Assembly: GCA_050575255.1 (NCBI GenBank)
Contig: JBNZDD010013730.1
Span: 5,820,015 to 5,884,014 of the forward strand
From: Harriotta raleighana
Lineage: Eukaryota
Direction: 5' to 3'
Length of the DNA: 64,000 nt
A program made the translations under genes and the position numbers. Below are positions 13,173-26,872 of the stretch, in pieces. Positions within the stretch are counted from its first letter, which is position 1; each line of letters begins with the position of its first letter. Below the pieces are notes generated by a model. The model was not told the origin of the DNA and searched no databases. It saw only the letters and a program-made list of their open reading frames with translations.

Positions 13173-14476
13173 ACCCACATAGAATCAATTGAATTGTAAG
13201 AGCAATGAGAGTTAGTTTTCCTGCAGTAATTTCTGTGTGGCATCGGAAGCAGGATTTAGAAGCCCCAAATACTAAAACCACCTGCACAAAAGTTACCTTC
13301 AATTCTACTTTTATATGTTCAATTTTAGAGATCAAGCATCATCACTACATTAACTGATCGCGAGCTATGCAAACTCCTTCATCTATGCAATCAATAGAAA
13401 AGTCAACAGTTTCACACACTGCAGCCTTCACGCACCAACGATCGGAGATGGCTGCAAAAGCAATCCAGGATTGCAGCTGCTTTAAAGTTTTGTGTGGCAT
13501 CAAATCTTGGACAGTTGATGCATTCTGCCCCTCGGATCAATGAACATAAAATATACCAGCAACGCTGTTAACTTTTACTTTTGTGAGTCTTTTGTCCTCC
13601 CTTACTCCCTCTCCGAGTAATAATGTTGCAGTGTTTTAATATTCCTGTTCCCGCTTGAGTCAGGATGCACATTTTGTCTCATGCAACGAGCGAAAGGAGC
13701 GTTAGCAGAAGACAAAATGTGCGCCTTCATCATGTGCCAAGAATGGATGGTTGACTGGAAAACAATTTTCAGAACAATCCTGCATCAATTTAAATTTCTT
13801 CCCCTCTACGTTTCTAAGGAACGCCCCAGGCAACTGCTTCGCACTGTTCAGAAATGAAACCATGAACACAGGGTATGAATGCCACAAGCACTTTCACCTG
13901 TAGCCTCAGGAAACATTACATGCTTCCCAACAGTCACACATGCGAAGAATGGGAAATTAATGAAGTTCACTGAAAGTACCACCTACATACAAGAGAAGTG
14001 ATAAACATTGGGTAGAAACAATACAGCAATCAAAAGTACGAGCTATCAGTATAATAGTTAATGGAATGGTTTGGGGTTCGACTGTATTTTAGTTGATGTG
14101 TTGCAATCTGTATAGTTGAACACAGTGCAGTACGTGGTTAGAAAATACATAACCAAAGCTTAAGCCATTGTGTTTTGTAAAAAATAAATATATACACTAC
14201 CTGACAAGCATAACCAGAATTCTGAAAACAATTTAAAATCAATTAAAGATTTCATATGTCTTAATAATCCCGTTGACCTTCTTTACCATTTTATCAAGAG
14301 TCTCACATCTTTTATTTTATTAACAAGCTTGTAGAAGAGCTGCTGTTCTCATCAGCATCAGCTTTGGCTGGTGTTTTCCTCTCCCCAGCCCAAGGGTAGT
14401 GTTAGGACCTTCTTCATTACCATCCAGCTGACAGGAGCCATGTGAGGTGATCAGCATTTAAACCATAAAATACAGT

Positions 14477-14770
14477 GGAGTCCTGTAGCTCAGTGGTTAG
14501 AACATTTGCCTTGCAAGCGAGAGACATGGCAGGGCAAAACGTTGGACCAGTTTCCTTACTCCAAGTGTCTGATAATAATTGCTCAAGAATAAAAATAAAA
14601 TAATAATTTGGTAACTCAATTCACAACTGTTTGTGGGACATTGCTGTGCGCAATTGGCTGCCATGTTTCTCCCATAGACATACAGTCAATTCACTTTACA
14701 GTATATTCTGTGAAACATTTTGAGACATCTGGAAGAAAAGTGCTCTATCAAATGCAAGGATTATTATTAT
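14477..14770 (+). mobile_element. Near full-length tRNA-derived SINE with B-box region deleted
   Basis: Head GGAGTCCTGTAGCTCAGTGGTTAGAAC (Pol III A-box); body CTGTTTGTGGGACATTGCTGTGCGCAATTGGCTGCC; tail ATCAAATGCAAGGATTATTATT shared with about ten other copies in the window. Confidence 0.92.
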
Positions 14771-16104
14771 TTTTACTGGATTATAATAAAGTCCTTCTGG
14801 TCCATGTCACAAACGTTTCAGATTTGCCAACTGGTCTATTGGTGGTTGTTGTAAATGTCACTATGGCTCATGTTGGCAAGTGCATTCTCCAGTGCTGGTA
14901 ACACAATTCCAAGCATTGCTTATTCTTCACACTATTGCTGGAATTCTTTTCTGCTGAATCGTTTTTTTTTAAAAAGAAAAAGTTGTGCTGTCTCAACTTT
15001 GAATCTGAGCTGATGACCGTATTAAACAACTTGCACAATCTACATTTAAACAAGGAACTCAATTTTTTTGGGGGGTAAAAAACATCTCGATAATACAAGG
15101 CAAGTGTAGTACATCATCCGGGGATTCTGAACGCAGCAACATATTTTTTTTTTTTTTAAATAAAAGTTTATTTTTGTTTCAATACAGCTTTTTGAGAATT
15201 GCAGTTAAAAGTCAATTCAGGAAAATCCATTTCTGTTTCCACATTCGCGTTAACCGACACACGCACAAGATGAAAAAGTGGAATTGGAAAAATAATGGCT
15301 GGAAAATTACAAAGACACACTGAATTGCAACTCAGACATTGATTTGGACAAACGTGGTTGTTGGCTTTTTGAAAACCGGGGGTGGGCGGGCGAGGAGGAA
15401 AGGAAACATACATTTAACTGGAAGTTCATGTCACTTTCTTTTATTTTGGCAGACCACAGCCAGCAAGGAAACTCATTTGCTGTTGCATTTCTGATATCAG
15501 TCCATTTTCCCGGAATTTGTCTTGCCTCAGGATTTAGAAAATCTGCTCATAATTTGACAGACTTCGTTCTTTGAAAGAGTCTGGGAAAGGAGAGTAAAGA
15601 CTCCCTGCACAGAAGCTGGTAAACCAACGTAATGTGATCTGCTGTCTGAAATGTGACTATAGGGACAAAACAGAGCATTGCCCCATTCACCCTGTCTGTA
15701 GGATGCACAATAAATCACATTTTCTGCTGTTCAAAACGACATGTCAAGGGAAAGTACCCTTGCTTGGTTTACTCTCAGTAACAGTATTTACTACTCTCAG
15801 GTACATCTCAGGTCAGTCACCTGCAGTATTCAATCGGTAGCTTGGTGCAATTTCTTCTCATCTTTGTGTGCTACCAGCAACCAGGGACAATTTGTGAGAC
15901 ATCTGTCCTTTTTACTGTCATCTCGAGCTGCATCCTATAGTTGCATTGCTTACCAAAACAAAACCGAAGAAAAAGTAGCTGTACATCGCTAGACTATTCC
16001 AAAGCCTATCCTAGGTTTTCACCAAATAATCAGGTCAGTGTCGATCAGTGGAAATGTGTCCTGAGAAGCTGCATTTCGTCTGCATATAGTTATCTCACTT
16101 CAGA

Positions 16105-16200
16105 ACCTTAACAGCTGCCAGGGGAAGGAATCTTTCATCCCATCTGTCTGGACTTGATTTGAACTTTAGTTCCAGAGAAGCAAGGACAGGTGCAACCAGC
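16105..16200 (-). mobile_element. Ancient tRNA-SINE head relic, LF-SINE-like
   Basis: Minus strand reads ...GTTCAAATCAAGTCCAGACAGATGGGATGAAAG...GGCAGCTGT (B-box plus downstream segment); a related relic lies at about 32290-32360. Family assignment is from memory. Confidence 0.4.
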
Positions 16201-17029
16201 CCGTCCCACAGAATATCTCATTTAAATGTAAATGTCTTCTCTATCCTGAACAGGAAATAGCAGATCCATCCACACAGCACACACATTGCACAAATCTTTT
16301 ATATCTGAATAAAATTAGAGAAAAACAGCATTGTCTCACTGCTATTCACATCTCCGTTCTCGAGGGCCAGCTGAGATCAGGAAATGGCATTAAAAACACT
16401 CCTTTTTCTGTGGTTTGGGATATAGATAGTGTCTAGTCATAACTTAGTCTACTGTGCATTCATGGGATTTATCTTATTTTTCTGGGAGTGACTGAAGCTC
16501 ACTTTCAGATGATAGTGGAGCGGAAGGAGAGGGGGAATGTGAAACAGGTCTGTGTTTGCTCAACAGAGATAACAGCTAGGCCACTAGAGTTGCAGGAGGT
16601 TGCAGAGATAGGGGTGAGGATGAAAATGTTGAATTCAAAGTTAGTACTCGTACATATTCAAAAACAGGCTTTGTTGCCAACAATAGAAAGTACATACAGT
16701 TGTAAATATACTGTTAAACAGCTGTACACAATATAGGGGAAATAAAATTGGCGGAAATCCAACTTTCACAACCTTGGACAGATGCAGCAACACTTAAACA
16801 CCATCGCTTGACTTACACCAATTAAACTCAATCTACCTCACCGATGAGTTATACTTAACCTGCCCAGGCATGAAGTCGCACTCCATGTTTCAGATGTAAC
16901 CAGCACTCAGTGTGAGAGGCTCATTTCCTTTGATCATATATATTCTTCACTCCTGTGCCCACACCTGTTCACCTAACCAAGAGAGAGTTTGATTTAGCAG
17001 CTAAGGAAGTTGACTCTCACCTGCAAAAC

Positions 17030-17395
17030 TCTTCACTCACAAGCACTGACTGGTCTGAACTCCTCCAACCCCACTCCTTGGTTTGCCTTCTCTTTTCAGC
17101 TTATAAAGGCTTGCCGTCCTGCCAGTCTCGCCCCATCATTGGTAGCCAAGCTTTCTGACTCTACACCCCTTTACTCCCAGAACTCCAAACATCAACCCCT
17201 CAGTGTCTCCTCCACTCTGTATCCACAGTCAAGTCTCACCTATGATCACATCCACTTTCCCCTGCTCGGTGTCTGCCCCACCACTTCCAAGATACAGTAT
17301 TACTCTTCACAAAGGGTATAATATAAATACAACAACAAATTACATTTGCATAGCCCCTTTCACATCGAGTGGATGTCCCAAGATGCTGAAACAAA
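17030..17395. mobile_element. Very decayed C-rich L2-like fragment (+) followed by an L2 3' tail (-)
   Basis: C/T-rich segment typical of L2 3' regions; 17330-17392 ACAACAACAAATTACATTTGCATAGCCCCTTTCAC...GATGTCCCAAG matches the tail at 49161. Confidence 0.5.
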
Positions 17396-18320
17396 TATAA
17401 ATTGTTATTGACCATAACCCATTCAAATTGTCTGCACTAGATCCAGTACAATACAAAAATAGACTCTTCTATTTGTAGATTGTAAACAGAATCAATACAT
17501 AAATATCTATTTAGGAGAAATTGGTACATGAGTTTTGGTCTGGGAATGTGGTGACAGATTTACACCAAAAATTCAGTAAATTTGGCAGCAAGTAGGTAGC
17601 ATGAAGCCTGTGATGTTGTCATTTGCTATTTTTACTAGTTGAATATAACATTAAAACAAAAAACACCCAACAGAACCAAATTAAAATCATATTTAAGATC
17701 ACTGAAATAGATACACTACTTGATTAAGTTTTAATCAGGAGTCATCTTTTACAGAGAAATGCAAAGGAAATAATCCAAATACACATTACTCAATCCCTTG
17801 CCATCACAAGTACAAAGTAAAAGTTCATCAGTCTTTGAAATGCACAATCAGTTGCTTTGATCACCAGACGTAATCCCTTGGTCAATGCAAGAAGTGGCCA
17901 TTTTGTGACTAATTAGCCCATGATTTCATTAATAATAGTATTGTGGAGTTAAGGCAAACTGGGATTGCACTCCAAAAACACATTTTACAAGACTTTCATT
18001 TTCCTTTTCCCTCCCCAGGCACTCACACTGACAGAAACATTCACACACAAACATGTTAAAGAACTGGAAATTTAATAATATCTTCCACAATTTAGATTAA
18101 AAAAAATATGAATGATCATTTCAGCCGAGGAAGGAAAAATAATGTTTATTAGCATCAATCAAGAATATTTTTGAACTTTGGAACTCATTACAGTATTTCC
18201 TTTGGATCTAGATTTCTATCTTCTCTTTAAATCCCTTTATGCTATATTAATATTTAATGACATGAAAATGCATGCTAACAATTACAGCCAGTCAAAGTAA
18301 TAGGAATGGCCTTAGAGCGG

Positions 18321-18605
18321 CAACAATAATAAGAGCTTTTCATTTAAGGCAGATGTCCCAAGGTCCTGGACAGTTAGGGATCCACATCCGAGCTGGTGGT
18401 TCGAATCAGGAGGGGTGGAGAGGGTAAGGGAAGGAGGATGACTGAAGGCGCACACAAAGAGGAAGTTCTTGAGACAGGTCTTACAGGAAACAAGGGAGGG
18501 GGCGAGGTGGAGGGACTGTGTGATGGTGTTCCAGAGGAATGGGCTGAAAGCCTGCCCGCCAATGGTGGGGCAGGCATTTCATGTGGTGGGGTGGAGCAGC
18601 TGGAG
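18321..18605 (-). mobile_element. L2 LINE 3' fragment
   Basis: Purine-rich on + strand (GTTCTTGAGACAGGTCTT...GTTCCAGAGG...GCTGAAAGCC); reverse complement resembles 63770-64000. Confidence 0.8.
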
Positions 18606-19095
18606 CAATAAACAAGGTAAACGGGAAAGGATGTTAGGGTACATTACAAAATCAGTTGTATTCAGATTTTCAGAATTGCTACTCGGGCTGTACAGTGCTC
18701 TGGTTAGGTTACACCTGGAGTCCTCAGTATAGTGTTGTCACTACGAAACCAGTTGACTGCCGAGACCTTGCAGGCAGTGCAGAAGAGAACAGAGATGATC
18801 CCTAATGTTAAAGTAATAAGCTAAGAACAAAAATACGACAGGCTAGGTTCTCCAATCTTTAAAGGATATGTCTCAAAGGGGTCTTTATACAGATATAAGA
18901 TTTTAAATAGGATTGAGAAAGTAAATCCAGCATAATACTTTCGGATGCACCATGACAACAGAACAATAGGACAAAGGTTTAGGGTTGCAAAGAGCATTTC
19001 TAAGAAAGACACCAGGAAAAATGTCTTTACTCAGGGTAATTAAATCTAGAACAAATTACTAGGAAGGGTATTTGAACTTAGAAGGTTGAACTCAT
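18606..19095 (+). mobile_element. CR1 LINE ORF2 C-terminal fragment
   Basis: Translation RMLGYITKSV...LLLGLYSALVRLHLE matches the CR1 motif LY.ALVRPHLEY; continues with frameshifts and stops. Confidence 0.88.
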
Positions 19096-22000
19096 TTTTT
19101 AGAAAATGATGTCTCCACATAGCAAACACACAGTCACTATGCTTCACAATAAATCCTGTGATATCCTCCCGATGTGAAAGACTATATTAAATGCAAATAT
19201 CAACATTTTAACAGAAAGTTCTGTAAGAATGTGATTAAATCTGCCATATAGCCTTCTCCAACTGAACCTCTCTCTTGATAATTGAACTTGTGATAATGAG
19301 CAGGACAAGGACATACTATAGTACATTGCAAGCAAGAGCTCCTCATATTGTTGGTATAGTTGTACTCGTGACTTGATCCAAATACAGCGGAAGAGAATTT
19401 ATAGAGTCTCTTAGTAACTGCATACTCATTAGCTATCATGTCCCTTCCTGTCCTTTGCAATGCACGCTAAAACCTTTGTTATTCAATCTTTTGGGTCACA
19501 ACATTGTATAGTTACCTATTCATGGCCTCTTACTGTAATCAAACACTCTCAGTGCAAAGTACACAGTTTAGTTCAATTAGTCCTCTTGGCACAGATTGTG
19601 CAATTAATACAGATCACTCGAAGCCACAAATAGTCACAACGTCAGGAGCATTATTTTATTGCTTGGAGTACCAATTACCATCTATAAAAGTTGTCTGTTT
19701 GAATTAAACTTTTCTATTGAACACAAAGTGGTGTAATTGAGATTCAAACACAAATTGTAAGTGGTTGTTATATAGAAGCACTAAGAAAAGATTAACTTTT
19801 CTATTAAACATAAAATGTTGCAATTGAGATCCATATGCAAATCATACATGGCTGCTATATTATAAACATATGCAGAAATTAAAACTGATGTCCTATTGCA
19901 ACCTCAGAAACATCCTTCTACCTTTACCCTCTCTACCCCATTGCATCCACAGAAACAAATACAACAGCCCAATAATTCCAACACTCGGGCAGATTCAAAA
20001 GAAGATATCACCTCAACAGGATTATCAAGGGAAGCAGAATTAGCTGATAAACTGGAGAGTATTGGTTACCTCCGGGTTAAATTAATGAATTGCAATTGAT
20101 ATAGTACCTTATCATGTCTTCGAAACATCCCAAACATGCAGTGATTTCTCCAAATTCTATTGCTTTTTAAAAAAAAAACTGACAGACTTTTCAGGTTGTA
20201 TGTCTTCTAACATTTGTTTTGAGTAACTATGGAGGGATGAACTGAGAACCAGTGGCAGGTGGAATGTTTCTTTCCTGGTAGCTAAGACACCATCTTGTTA
20301 GCAAAGTGAAGGCTAGTAAATGTGCGAGACAAATTGCAAACAAACTACAACAGCACCAATATTCCCATGAGTCAAATGTCCCTAACACTTAAATATCACG
20401 TTTGATGAGACTGGTGAACAGTCCCGAAATTACTGGCTTTGGAATTAAATGTTAAGTCTTTTGGCGATAAAGAACTTCAAAGCCACATTCCTCAGGCATT
20501 TGGTGATTCTTACAATACCCATAACAGATATACTAATATTAAATTATCGACCACTACACTGTTCTGAATTGAATGCAACACATCACCTTTATCTCTGGGT
20601 TGAGAGTTCAAATCAAGTTCTATCTCTGCAACCAAAAGTCTCCTACAACTTTTGATAATAATAATAGTAACAATTAAGGTGATAATAATAATCTTTGCCT
20701 TTTTAAATCCTTGAGATGACTCAAAGAGATTCACTGTAAAGCTCCAAGTTATCCAATAAAATTCCAAATGTTCAGATTGAAATTAGTTTAAGTAATTTTA
20801 ATCTAGTTTCATTACACCAACTCCACAGTAAAAAAAAGCTTATTCTTCAGCAATTAGTTAAAATTAAATATGCAAATCAGGTTCATTCAAAGAGGCCATT
20901 AAAGTACTTGGTGAGGCAAATAGAATTGTCACTGTTATAAGTGAGAGGAATGGAAAGGTTGGGAAGTATGGCTCTGGCATTTTTGAGAAATCTAACCTGC
21001 ATTTAGCCCTTACTATACCTGCCCCAAATGTGCATTAATAAAAGTTTGGTGCACTCATTAACTTAAAATGCATCAGTAGTACTTTAACCAGTGCTAATAC
21101 AATTAAACTTTGTTCTCATGGTCTCCAATGCAAACATAAATCTTTGCTGGTTAAACGTTTCAAAGAATACTCCAGTAACTTCAGTTCTATTCCCTTGTTT
21201 GCTTACTAACAGTACAAAAAGACACCAAATTGAACTGGCCATTGGAGAGTTTAAAGCTTTTAATGTTTCACTGGGATCTGAAGTACTGTATATGAGTGGA
21301 CATTACCATAGACTATTTATTGTTCTGTAGTCGAGCACCATATATCCCAAACTGAAGTACTGTACAATGATGCTGCAGTGGTAAATACCAAGTCCAGCAC
21401 TCCAGGTATTCACTGTTTGAACCTGTTCCAAGTGCTCAAGATTTCAAGATTTCAAATGAATGGAATGCGCAGTAGATAATTTCATTGCGCTTGGGAAAAA
21501 AAAATCCCAGAAATCATTCTGTTGTAATGATCGATTGTGAAGCGCTTCCATAGAAATGCTTCAAATATATCTCAGCAAAGCAGAGCTGCAGTGTGTAACA
21601 CTGTTTGATTGTGTCCGGGAACCAGAAATATCTCCAAACATAGCATCAACACAAAAAGCAAAACACTGCTTCAAGGAATGCTCTATTTACATCAGTAGTT
21701 GCGTAACATTGAGTAGAATAACTCCCAACAAATTCACTTTTACCTCCAGAAATCTAACTTGATGGGGGTAGGGGAGGGGAGCAAACAAACATCCAATTTT
21801 CACGCTCGTCTTTTTCTACTTATTAGATCCCAAGGTAAGCCTAACAGTGGTTGTCAGCAGGGATAAACTCAAACAGCGCAAGTCATGCACGGCTTTCTAT
21901 GATCAGTACATTTACCCAGCCAACCAAGCAGGATCTTCAGGAGGTTGTTTTGCCTTGCGAGGAAGAAACTGTATGGGACCAATTCAAGAGTTATCCAAGC

Positions 22001-24916
22001 CAGACGGCTTGTATTGGTTTCACATTGTTAGATTTGGCCCTGTTGGACAGGTACATCTCGAATTGCAGCTAATTGTGACAGACATGTAACAACCTTCCCA
22101 GAAATGTCACTTTCATTTTAAATTTAAACTCTCACATCCAATGCCATTAGATAAGCTAAAGAGAACACGTGGACCATGGGATTCGCTACGGTAAGATGGA
22201 ATAAATAGATCTCATCATTGCACAAACAAGATAATGTATTTGAGTTGCCCTAACTAATAGGAGCTTGGCCCAAACAATCCTTCTCTATGAAATATAGATG
22301 TTGACAGAATTAGGTTAAACATGAGAGTATTCCCATCAGAATTCTCTGCAAGCTTAACAATGATACAAATATCCGTGAACCTTCTGTTGAAAAGATACTC
22401 TAGACACATTTCAATACTGTGGTTTAAACTCTGAGGTCTGGAATCTGCAAACCCCTATCTCTGAATTTTCAGGCTGGGATACTCTAAAGTAAACATATAT
22501 CCTGTGGAAAAGTGGTTTGGGGACAAAGATTTATCAACTGTAGCACCTCTTCATTAGAGCATCCTGTTTAAATGGGTTATTTACTTCAATTTTTCAGCAA
22601 CAATTATACAATTAAGTGAATTTACCACTCAATGTTGATGCCACAATGTCACAGTTCAGGATTCTTTCAGAAGTTGCTTCAATCTCCTTGATCTCAAGTC
22701 CCAATCAGTCCCAACACCTTTACTCATTGTATCGCTCACCTGTTATTTTCTGAACTGGACAAACCCACACAGTCAATTGTGGTAACTGCATGTTGCTTGG
22801 TTTGACTTTGCATTCCATATAATCTTAATTCAATCGTAATCTCTCCACATGGATAATAATATGGAAGCAATGAAATGATGCAGGCACAAACAGATTACAA
22901 AGTGGCCAATAGTTACACATGACGTTCGCAACACTCACAACTTGGCAAAATTGCCTGAAATCTCATTTGTATGCAAATACTATTATAGTCAATCCAGTTG
23001 ACATATTTTCCAACAAATTGACCCTTGCTGTTCAAGAAATAAAACTTCTGGAGTTCTTTGCATGGTTGTTTAAACTGATCTATAACTGTGCACACAGTGG
23101 GAGTTTGCTCTAGCTGCACATTACAATATTTTATTATTTTAAAGCAAAGCACATTTGATTAGGTAGCTGACAAGCAATACATTAAACAAATCCTGGCCGT
23201 AACCGTATACGTTATTTAAGTGAGACAGCATATCAGCACATTCTCATCTTTTATGAATAGGCCATTAGTACATTCGGAGGCATTTGTTATGTGATTATCG
23301 GTCATTAATGTTGATTAATGGGGCAGAGTACAGGACAAAAGAGTGCAGTGGCACCATAGATCACTAGGGATGCACTGCAACTGAAAAAAGCTTGCTTGTA
23401 AGTGAAACGGATGGCTTTCATCAAGAACTAAGTGCCCGGGGAATAACAGGCGAATATCGGACAGGGATAAAAATGTAAATATCTGGTTTAGCATGGCAAA
23501 AAGGCCTGTATAGGATCACTGGGGGAGGGGGGGAAGACAGGGTTATCTAACAAGTCAAAATGTCATAACACTGGAACATTCTGAATGGAAAACAACTGAG
23601 AAATATGGTTCTGCCTTCTGACTTGTTATTCACACAAGACTTTCACAGATCAGGCTTAAGCGACTTATTTACTTTTCAGTTACACTGGAGGAAAGAGATG
23701 AGGAGGAGGCAGAGATCAACAAATTGTGTACCTGAAAACTGTCCACAAATCAGAGGTGCTTACTTGAGCAATTATATATTTATCTAAACCAAGAAACCGA
23801 ATTTCCGTCTCAGGGTTCTATTGAATTCGGGGAGACTAACTCACTGCCTAAAGTCGTTCTTGGCTTCATATAGACTTTCAATAATAGGTTCCCAGGGATC
23901 AGAACTCAAGTTTTTATTAAAAACCCTCAGAAGCTCAGGAAGACTTCAGGCAGTGAGTCATAAACAGACTGGAAAAATTTCCATATGGAACGGAACAAAG
24001 GAAGAAAAACAATCTATCATCTGAAATTCTCAGTACACCAAGATACTCTCTTTCTACATATATAATTGCTAACTGAGAACTGAAAGGATTTACAAACTGT
24101 CTCTACCCATCTGTGTAGGGCTTTGTAAGATTTCAATAACTTGCACATTAGGTAAACAGTTGGCTTGAGCAGTTATTGCAGCATTTATTGTGGGAAATAA
24201 ACATTTTAGCATTGATTTTAGCAGCTCTCAGTCATTTCTAACCCAGCTACAATAACGATTAAATGTAAGATTCAACGTGGGAGCATGAGCAGGTGTGAAT
24301 AATGGAGAACTGATAATAAGGTCATGGATTTGGGGCACCGATCTGGGAAACAACAAAAAAGATAAGGGAGAGCAAAAGGGCTACAAAACAGAGAGAAATT
24401 GAAAGTCAAAGAAAAACATCAAGGATGTAAAAAGCAAAAAAAGTTTATCGAAGAAGAAAAACAATGCTATGTTCCCTCTGTATGTGATAATGAGCAATAC
24501 ACACCCTGAAGATCCTAGATTTATGCCGACCTTCCTGATCTTTGCCAATGGAGCCCTAAGGTACACTGACCTCTACACCCATGCATTCGCCAATGAGAAA
24601 ATAAAATTAGCCAGAGGTCTTGCCTGATTGTTAGAAAATGTAAATGTGGGAATATTGGGCGAGAACAGTATTAAGCTCCAATGTCAAGCCCCCAGGTGCC
24701 AATACTAACTGTCCGGACTCACACATGAGGAATTCTTTGTAGCCTGTTGGCATGTAACAAATGGAATGAGTTATGTGCTGGGAGAAATAATTGACACTGC
24801 TAAAGTGCGTTAAACAATGTGAGTGGTTTGTGATGTAATAAGTCTAATTGTTTCGAGCTATTTCACTTGGTAATTGTTCGACATTTTCAGAGGGCTATAA
24901 TGTTTGTGTATGAATA

Positions 24917-25447
24917 AAATGCAATATACTACAGATGCTGGAAATCTGAAACAAAAACAGAAATCGCTGGGAACACTCAGTAGGTAAGCCACACATCTAC
25001 GGAAAAGGGAAAGTGAGTCAACGTTTCGGGTCCATGAATCTTTCTGACAAATGTTGACTCACTTTCCTTTCTCCATAATAATAATAATAATAATAATCCT
25101 TGCATTTGATATAGCCCTTGCACGTCTTCTGGACATCTCAAAGCGCTTGACAGAATATACTGTAAAGTGAATTGACTGTATATTTGGGGGCGAAACATGG
25201 CAGTCAATTGCACACAGCAATGACCCACAAAGAGTCGTGGATTGAAATGACCAATTTTTTTTTTTTTTTTTGAGGGATTATTATTAAGCATGTGGAGGAA
25301 ACTTGTCCAAGGTTTCATCCTGACCTGCCTGGATTCGAACACATATCTCATGTTTGTAAGGTGAATGCTCTAACCACTGAGCTACAGGAATCCAAAGATG
25401 CTGTCAGACCTGCTGAGTATTCCCAGTGATTTCTGTTTTTGTTTTTT
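24917..25447. mobile_element. Palindromic Penelope-like non-autonomous element interrupted by a SINE
   Basis: Left arm 24951-25026 (ACAAAAACAGAAATCGCTGGGAACACTCAG...GGAAAGTGAGTCAACGTTT) is the reverse complement of 25049-25074 plus 25394-25443 once the SINE is removed. Confidence 0.75.
25075..25393 (-). mobile_element. Full-length tRNA-derived SINE
   Basis: Minus strand: GGATTCCTGTAGCTCAGTGGTTAGAGCATTCACC (A-box), GTTCGAATCC (B-box), internal poly-A, tail GCAAGG(ATT)n. Confidence 0.95.
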
Positions 25448-26595
25448 AATATTTGTGTTGTATTTTAAAGAGAAATTGCAGCAGGTAACTGGTATAGCCA
25501 AAGCGTTTAACATACACAACCTAAACTAAATGTGCACCAACTCTATTGGTGATGATATTATCGCTGTTAACTACAAGATGCAAACCACAAGATACAAACC
25601 CCATGTGAAGGGCAGAATTTTAATGCCAGTTGCTGTGCAGATGTTTGTTCATCAGTACACAAAGCATCACAGCTATCCCCTTAGAATTTGAACTCCCAAG
25701 TAAAATCCAATGGTGCTCTAGGTTTATCACAAGGATGCACTTTTCCATCCCCGCCCACCCCACTCTTCAGTCAATGAATCTCTTTAATCTGTGGTGTTTT
25801 GCCCTCTGATTTTTTTTAAGGAAGAGAGAAATCAGAAATTATTGGGCACCTTCATGCAAAACTTTCCCAACCTAAGCAACGAAAGCTCTTCAGTCACTCT
25901 CTTCCTTTTTGCCGGGAAAATGTGAATTTAGCATTTAGTATGGAGCAATTATAATAGATTTATTCAAATAGCCTATTATGATTTGAAAGAAGATAACCCA
26001 TAAGCGAATCCCTTAAATGCCTGGTTGTGTGTCCTGTATAGATACCCCATGACCCCCATGGATTGTTAAGGAAAAACTACAGACTAGTAATCCACTTCTC
26101 CATCTCCAATCTTCATTCCTCCTGTGCTATCCCTCAACCGACAGCAAAAAAAAGCATTGTGTCCTTTGTTGTATAATTTGAATCCAGAGCTGAGAAATTC
26201 TTATAAATCCAGGTGTCATTTAAACATGTGGAACAGTCTTTCAAATTAATTGCCGCTACATTTTTCCTTGGCATTTGCTTGAACAGAGAACACTGCAGAA
26301 ATTTGCGAAGCTTATCTCCCATGTTCAATATTTAGTTTTGGCGAATGTCAAAAGACATTTCACAACAGAAGTCAGGTATGTTAAAGTTCCCTCCTTGCTT
26401 CCAAACAATCATTGTATCACAACCATTTGTTCTCAATCTCTTCCATTTCTTGGCAATCTTCTCATGCAATTAAATGACAAATATTTTCTCTGCCAGTTTT
26501 TTTAATATTATTGTCAGAGTCATTTGTGATTTTTCATTTAGTGCCTATGTCAATGCCAATGCTCCACTCTTTCTTCTAAAAATACTGTTGTACAT

Positions 26596-26770
26596 GACTC
26601 CCTGATGGCTCAGTGACTTTATTCCGTCAATCACTGAGCCATATATGTCGGGAAAGTGCCAAATTAGATCCTCAATCTGAATTGAGTTATCTAATCACAG
26701 TTTGGATTACTCTAGATACTCTCCAATTGACTTCTTCAATCTGGGTTAGGAAGAGGGGCCGGGAAATCTT
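26596..26770 (+). mobile_element. Ancient tRNA-headed SINE relic, second family (5' part)
   Basis: GATGGCTCAGTG A-box, ACTGAGCCAT, then TGGGTTAGGAAGAGGGG; related decayed pieces at about 2140-2250(-), 24630-24740(+), 33920-34008(-) and 47735-47900(+). Confidence 0.45.
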
Positions 26771-26872
26771 ATCATTATCCAGAAATATGAAATATTCTAG
26801 AAATATGGGTTCCAAATTTGCTCAGATTCAGGGTGAATGGGCTCTCTTGATGATATAACATCCATTTTAAAA

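Noticed and set aside
21847-22089. Two overlapping ORFs ending near a possible donor site
   Set aside because: No recognisable protein and no convincing acceptor
25315-25393. tRNA-like sequence with A and B boxes (also at 14477 and 27100)
   Set aside because: These are SINE heads continuous with SINE bodies, and the cloverleaf is degenerate; not tRNA genes
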